Part shown: one piece after another, positions 57,179 to 64,000 of the stretch
Layout of the letters: every line of letters begins with the position of its first letter
How positions within the stretch are numbered: the stretch's first letter is position 1
Assembly: GCF_009914755.1 (NCBI RefSeq)
Contig: NC_060931.1
Strand: one strand, 5' to 3'
From: the human T2T-CHM13v2.0 reference genome, Homo sapiens
DNA: 64,000 nucleotides
Translations under genes and position numbers: made by a program
The notes under the pieces: generated by a model
What the model saw: only the letters and a program-made list of their open reading frames with translations
Database searches by the model: none
What the model was told of the DNA's origin: nothing

Positions 57179-58717
57179 CAATGTCAAAAGAGGGATGATA
57201 AAGAGGCAGGGCAGAGCTGGAAGGAATCACAGGTTGTGGTCAAAGACTGATACACGTGTGTGTGTGTTTATACCTTCATAGAGGAAAGCTCACCCAGACA
57301 ATAAGCCCAAGATCCTGTCCACACGTGCAATTTACTAAGGTACTCATGTAATTTATGGAGCGTCGTTGTTGGAACTGAAGCAGTCAGAGAATGTTGAGAC
57401 TTATTTGTAAGGTCACCAAAATACTCAGAAGAATAACAGGAACATAAGGTGAATGAAGTAGAAGCAATCAAATGCCAAAGTCCTCAAGGAATGGGGGTGG
57501 GGGTATACTTCGAGGATACCACCGAAAATAGATAGAAGATAGTATAATTATGCAGAATGAAACTCAAATGACAAAGGAGTTTGCATGAGAATAAAAAAAA
57601 TTTGAAAATGGCTTTGTGGAACTATAGGAATGTCCACATCATCTCTGACTCCTGTGATAAGGGGTTGAGGAACTTAACTTTACAGGCGAGGGCAGCACAA
57701 GAAAAAGCCAAAGAGCTGGAGGAAAATCAGCAAACCGTGACATAACAGAAGCAAATACAAAAAATATAGGAGAAAGTCTAAGTGCTGCTGAGAGATCAAG
57801 ATAGAATTTTAAAATGTCCACTGAATGTAGAGAGAGACAGGAACAGGAGCCAAACTTCAATAGGTTGAGAACTAAGTCAATGGCGAAATCAAGACAGAAC
57901 GCAAAGGCCACTTTTGTGTGTGAAGGGAGCTGGCAGGGGTGGCTCCATGAAGGGCATCAGTGCCTTGATGTGTCAATGCCAATGGGACAGATCCAGTTGA
58001 GAGGGAAAGATGGAAGATACAGAAGAGAATGAGTGGTAATAATGATGTAAGGTCCCTGAGAAGGCAGAGGAGATAGGAGCCAAAGTATGAATGATTAGTC
58101 TTAAGACTAAAACTCTGTCATAACTGGAAAGAAGGAGGAGGAAACAGATTCAGACACAGGTAGGTTTTTATGATTATTGCAGCTGTGAAGCTCAAGGAGT
58201 GATTATCCATATAACCATAAAAGTCACCCAAGTTGGTTGGAGCACCAAAGTGGAAAGGGAGGATACTGAGCCAGGTGGCGTAGTCTTTGATGATGAGATG
58301 GTCATAAGATCAAAAGATAGCAGCAATAAAGAACTCTTCAATTCCAGAGAGATAACAGTTTAACCAGTCATAAATGATTACAGTTGTTAAAAGCAACTGG
58401 GCATATCTGAGTCTACCCTGCTTAGTAGCTATGTGACCCTGTGATTTTGAATGCATTACTTAACTTCTCTAAGTCAAGTTCTTCATCTGGAACACAAGAA
58501 TAACACAAGTTCCTAAATTGCAGGTACTTATGTCCCTATATGAAGATTATGTCACACAATAAACATAGGGTATTTAACAAATGCCTGGTACAAGGGAAAC
58601 ACTTAACATTGTTAGGTATTATCTATTTAGAAAAAAATTAATGTTTCCCTAAGACACACATAATAGAAAGCTCAGAGTTCAATCTACAGTGCACAATTCT
58701 TGCAAGAATATATAATC

Positions 58718-59014
58718 TTTTTTTTTTTTTTTTGAGACAGTGTCTCACTCTGTCACCCAGGCTAGAGTGCAGTAGCACAATCTTGGCTCACTGCATCTCC
58801 ACCTCCTGGGTTCAAGTGATCCTCCCACCTCAGCCTCCCGAGTAGCTGAGACTACAGGCATGTGCCACCATGCCCAGCTAATTTTTGTACTTTTCACATA
58901 GACAGGGTTTTGTCATGTTGCCCAGGCTGGTCTTGAACTTCAGGGCTCTAGTGATCTGCCCACCTTAGCCTTCCAAAGTTCTGGGATTACAGGCGTGAGC
59001 CACAGCACCTGACC
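58718..59014 (-). mobile_element. AluJ(b)-like
   Basis: dimer; TSD aaga(a/g)t(a/g)tataatct. Confidence 0.9.
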
Positions 59015-59253
59015 AAGAGTGTATAATCTCTAAGAAGTTCATTTTGTGTAGAAATTACAGCCCAGCTCTATGTGTCACATTTCCTCACTTGCTTTAGATT
59101 TTATTCTACTTTTGTGTTTCTGTAAATGTTGAAACAAGGTCTGATATAAATTTAAAAGGCTAGTATAGAATTTTGAATCTATTCCTTACTTCTTTCATCA
59201 CTTTTTTAAGATTGCTAAAAAATCTCATAGTGGAAATAAATTAACAGACATTG

Positions 59254-59776
59254 TGTGCAGACAAGAGCTAACACAGCAGCTCTGAGGCTGCCATGTTTAG
59301 AAAGGCCTGTATACAAAGGTTGGCCCTTGGCTGGAACTTGGATTTGGGGAGGATTACCACCATTCTAACTGATAAGTATGGCCAAACTATCTGTACAAAC
59401 AATATGATTCTTCATTCTGCAGTTCTGCCTTCCTTCTATGAGTCTGAAATTTTGGTGCATGCTGGGTAGGTGCCTACATGATCAGTTCCTAATAAAATCC
59501 TTGGGCACTGAGTCTCTAATGAGCTTCTCTGATAAACAGCATTCTACAAGTGCTGTCTTAACTCATTGCTTGGGGAAATTCAGTGTGCCCTGTGACTCCA
59601 TTAGGAGAGAACTCTAGGAGCTTGCACCTGGTTTCTTCTGGACTTCTCCCCACTCGCCTTTTGCCATGGCTGATTTTGCCTTGTATCCTTTTGTTGTAAT
59701 AAACATTAGCCATAAATCCTCTGGGTCCTCCTAGTCTGAATCACTGAAGCTGGGCTTCTTGGAAACCCTGAACACA
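59254..59776 (+). mobile_element. MER68-like ERVL solo LTR
   Basis: tgtgcagacaagagctaacacagcag...tagaaaggcctg...aggttggcccttggctgg; TG...CA ends; 5-bp flanks cattg/caatg. Confidence 0.78.
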
Positions 59777-59949
59777 CAATGTTTTTTGTCTTCACTGAAA
59801 ACTATTATTAATAAGCAATGCCAGTGACATCACCAATATATTGTTAAACTTTTATTATGTTCTTGTGTTTATAAGTTTTATATTGAAGTTACATTCAATG
59901 TTTTCTATGTTGACTTTTCAGGAAAAAGATGTGAGGAAAATCTATCTAA

Positions 59950-60170
59950 GTAGTAGAGTACTTCATCAAGAGACTTAGAATATATTCTCTCTATCCTGGC
60001 CCCATTGTACATCCTCAGACAAGTGAACATGTCTGGCTCCAGTTTCTTCATGTGTAAAACTGGAATAATAATAGTATCTTTCTCAAAAGGAGTTGTAAGG
60101 ATTAAATGAGATTAAATATGAAATACTTAGGACAATGCTTGGCACACAGTGCTTTATGTGTGCTATTACT
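59950..60170 (+). mobile_element. MIR
   Basis: cagtttcttcatgtgtaaaactggaataataatagtatc...gttgtaaggattaaatgag. Confidence 0.7.
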
Positions 60171-60844
60171 ACTACCTCATATTAAAGCTCCATATTTTTA
60201 TTCTTTTGTGCCTTAAAATGAATTATTGATAACATTGCCTCTATATAGTAGGTCTGTTAAATTTTCTAAAATATAAGACTCCTAAGGTTTAAAAAAATTT
60301 AACTACAAATAATAAAAACTGAAAGTCTCAAAGTGACAGCACTGAAATCCTGGGGATAAATACAACTTTAACCTAAACGCTTCTTTCCATACAAGAAAGT
60401 AACAATGAAAACTGTCACTTGGTTACTCAAGTAGCCTAAGAATGACTCAAGTACATAGTCTCATCTCACCAAAATTCCAAAGGGCGTAGAGATAGAATAA
60501 AAGCAGGAGTCATGGCAAGAGCAATGGTAGCACAGAGTAACGAAGATCACATAAGGGAACCATAGAGTCCTCAGTGTAAAAGTCACATGACTGTTTTTTC
60601 CCTACCTACAACTATTTTTATAGTCAATTTATTAAAATCCATTTTGCAAGACAATCTATCCACTCCCTTACCTTAAAAAAATTGCTGTGTTATGACTGAA
60701 TTATAAAGCATGTGCTGTTGGACTTAATTGGTTTAGTAGTCTTCCAGGTTCTAATCTCTGGAATCTTTCACCTAACAGTTCACCTAAATTTGTACTCTTA
60801 GAAAAAAGGAAGTAAGAATCCAGGTAAATAAGAGGTCATTAACT

Positions 60845-60880
60845 AGGCAGAGGTTGCAGTGAGCCAAGATCACAGCACTG
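60845..60880 (+). mobile_element. 35-bp internal Alu fragment without tail
   Basis: aggcagaggttgcagtgagccaagatcacagcactg matches the Alu right-arm interior. Confidence 0.8.
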
Positions 60881-61553
60881 AGGTCATCAACCAACCACAC
60901 ATATATGATACATGTCTGATTCCAAGTGTGATTAAAGAAAAGCTTCTAAAAAAACCACTGTGCAACCAGAAAATGAAATAAAGAGTTACAATAAGGTTTT
61001 CGAATTCTAGATTTTCATCTGTTTAACACAGGGGAATAATGGCATATGACATATTTGAAATCATAGTAATAAATAATCCATTGCTACCTTTTATTGTTAG
61101 TAATGGATTTTGAACTAAAATTTGCAATGGACTAACCTAAATGACCTAAAATTTGCATAGTAATAAATAATCCATTGCTAACTTTTATTGATAGCAACTG
61201 ACTTTGACCTAAAAAACCTGCCAAATTTCAGAGCCATTAAAGACAGCATTCTATGTGATTGGTTTCCTCTATGCAGATGGGAGAGGTGCTTGTGTAGGTA
61301 ATGGATCACTGGCAACATAATTCATTAGAAGAATTGAAATCTAAGTCAGGAATGGTGGCTGTAGATTAGTAATATAGATAGCAAGTTATGATCAGCATTC
61401 TCCTGAAAATAAGCTAAATCAAACCAATTTATTTTGCATCTCCATTAACATACCCTATACGAAAATCTTACATCAGATGAAATATCTCTTTTCCATGTAA
61501 GGAGATGTCAAATTTCCGAAGTATTTTGAATAGTTAATAAATTCAAAACTCAC

Positions 61554-61602
61554 CATTGAAAATACACTGACAGTTGGTTTCTTTTCCTTCTTATCTTTTT
61601 CA
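61554..61602 (-). CDS. ABCB1: ABCB1 exon 3 (49 nt; (S)EKDKKEKKPTVSVFSM)
   Basis: ttttgcag|TGAAAAAG ... TCAATG|gtgagt; peptide visible in ORF 61473..61664. Confidence 0.97.
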
Positions 61603-64000
61603 CTGCAAAACAGCAATGGAATTACATAAAACTTTAAAAAGTACATATTTTTTAAATTACCCAAATTAACATAGAATGTATATTTAATGACTAATAGGAA
61701 GAAGAAATATGTCTATATTATACAGTTAAAAAACAGGATGATAATAGTATGACCCCATTTATAATGTTTAAATATGTTTACATATATCTTAGAAATCTAC
61801 ATACGTGGTTATCACTGAGTGCTGGAATCTCTCTAAAAATATTTTCTTCCTTGTGCCTTTGATATTTCCTGATTTGCTATGATGAATACATACATACACC
61901 CTTTGCAATTAGAAAAATATACATACTGAAAAGAGTTCCCTGTTTTTATTCTAATTAGAAAATCATTCATGCTTCCCCTTAATTATGAATCCCCTTAATT
62001 GTCATTTGATTAATGATGGCAGTAGACATTTTATCCATCCACTACCCAGATATTATTCTTAATCCTTCCCTTTCTAGTGAAGAGAAGTGGCAATTAGATG
62101 CTGGGCATAACTAGCCTCAGAAGAAAATTAAATTACTCCTTATAAGCAAATCTAATTGTGAAAAAAATGTCTGGAGTCCTAAATGGACCATTATGAAATA
62201 AATGCACGCTAGAAAGCTATGGTCAGAAATGATGTTCTATAAATTGTCAAAAAGTTCTCCTCAGGCATAAGGTCAACTATTATTTTGAGCCCAGATACAA
62301 ATGAATCTAACTCTGTAGCCCATTTTCTACTCTGTGTAACTGCTACCTAGGATGTGAAAGCAAACCAACCGTAACAAATCTGCCTCATCTGTATTTTTGT
62401 AGGTATAAAAGAAAAACTATTTTAGAAAAGATTTGTGTTATTTTTTACACGGTTTTTAAGTTCATAAGGTAAATTCATCTTTGTCTTTGTTCTTTACACT
62501 AAGTGAGGTCAAAAGAGGTGAGGAGACTTCTAAAGAAAAAAATCCAGAGTTTACCCATTTGGCTTTGGAGTAATGTTAGACAGACATAAAATACACAAAC
62601 ACAACTCTTCAGGTTTGGTCCCACCCAATTCCCAGTAAAGGCATGGTTTCAGTATCCCTGGAACCAGGATGAAAGGAGAAAAATAGCCATAAATAGTTGA
62701 GTTTTAGCTCTAAGCCTTTTATTTATTTTTTTGTTCTCTAAAACAGCTGCTACTCTGGAGAAGTTATAATGTTCCAGGCACTGGCTAAGTAAGCACTTCC
62801 CACACACAATTCATAAACAATTCTATGAGGAAGACACATTTTTGTTCTTTTAGAGACGTAGAAGAGTGAGAAGAGTTAACTTGTCCAAGGTTCACAGCTA
62901 TAACTAAGCCAATATTTAAATGCCAAGTCTGTTCCCTGACCACCAAACTATAAGGTGCAACCTCAGATTTCTGAGATACTGCATCGCATCACATTAAAAT
63001 GCACTTTCACACAAACTCTCACCCCTACTAGATAACTTACTTATCCCCATTAGCACAAAAAACAGTGCTTAGAAAGACAAGTCATTCATCAAACATCATT
63101 TTAATAAAGAATCTTTGCTAATAGTCATATTCCAAATAGGACTATTATCCCAGCATTATCTATTACCAAAGCCATATGCTTCTTTACAATCCCATGTTAA
63201 AATAGATTTAAATCAATGGCAATGAACACAATTTAATAAGAACTACTTTAAAATATAATCTCTAATTTGAAAAAAAAAGTCTATAGGCCATGATAGAACC
63301 AATAATAGAAATATGTGAAAGATCATACAATTTTCTTTACTGTTTCTCTTCACATACCCTCAATATTTCTTAGTTAAATCTACCTAAATGTTTGTATCAT
63401 AAGTACATAATTCTTTAAGCTATCAAGTTTTCAAAAATACAAAGTTAAAAACAAAAAGTGGAATACCTACCCTCCACTCTATGGAGTCTTTTTCATGGTT
63501 TATATGAACATTTTTGTTACAAAAATTTTCAATTGCAATTACATGTTCTCCTACCATTATCACATCTAAGAAAAGTGATTACAATTCTGATATTGGCTAA
63601 TATCTAATGCACATTCAAATCTCCCAAGAATGTTTTCCATAGGATTTTTTCCTTGTTGAACTTTTAGATTGTTTTTGTTTTGTTTTGTAATGTTCACACA
63701 CTACGTTTGGTAGTTATATCTCTTTAGTCTCTATTAATCTAGAAGTCCTCCTTTTATTTTTTTAACATTGACTTTTGTAAAGGAACAAGAACAGCTGTCT
63801 TACAGAATGTCCCACATCTTGGGTATACCTGTATCAAACTGAATACAAATGGGAGGTGCAATAAATGTAAAATACACATCAAACAGGAGATTTAGCATAA
63901 AAGAGAATGTAAACTATCTTATTAATCATTTTGATTACATGTAGAAAATCCAATCTTTTGGACATATTGAGTTCTATAAAATATATTTACAAAATTACTT

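Overview
Human-type intronic and exonic DNA lying entirely inside ABCB1 (MDR1/P-glycoprotein), which is on the minus strand. I traced 18 consecutive coding exons, exons 3-20 in the classical 28-exon numbering (add 1 for the 29-exon numbering). They cover c.69-c.2481, about aa 23-827, all have GT-AG boundaries, and join into one open frame. They encode TMD1, NBD1 (Walker [14 protein letters not shown] signature, Walker B ILLLDE, H-loop), the phosphorylated linker and the start of TMD2. The start codon (exon 2) lies beyond the right end and exons 21-28 beyond the left end. The introns hold ordinary primate and mammalian repeats: about 20 Alus, L1PA/L1M, L2, MIR, MER58, MER33, and THE1, MLT1 and MER68 LTRs. 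Nearly all ORFs in the supplied track are repeat-derived artefacts or exon read-throughs. I found no convincing new gene or biological system. The best second-look items are small repair and insertion scars and regulatory candidates: a perfect 36-bp inverted repeat at a THE1 break, a tailless 35-bp Alu piece between direct repeats, local duplications, a young AluYa-lineage insertion, a strong CTCF motif, an Alu-bracketed in-frame exon 10-14 block, and the 1236C allele. Repeat subfamily calls and SNP identities come from recall of consensus sequences, not from searches.
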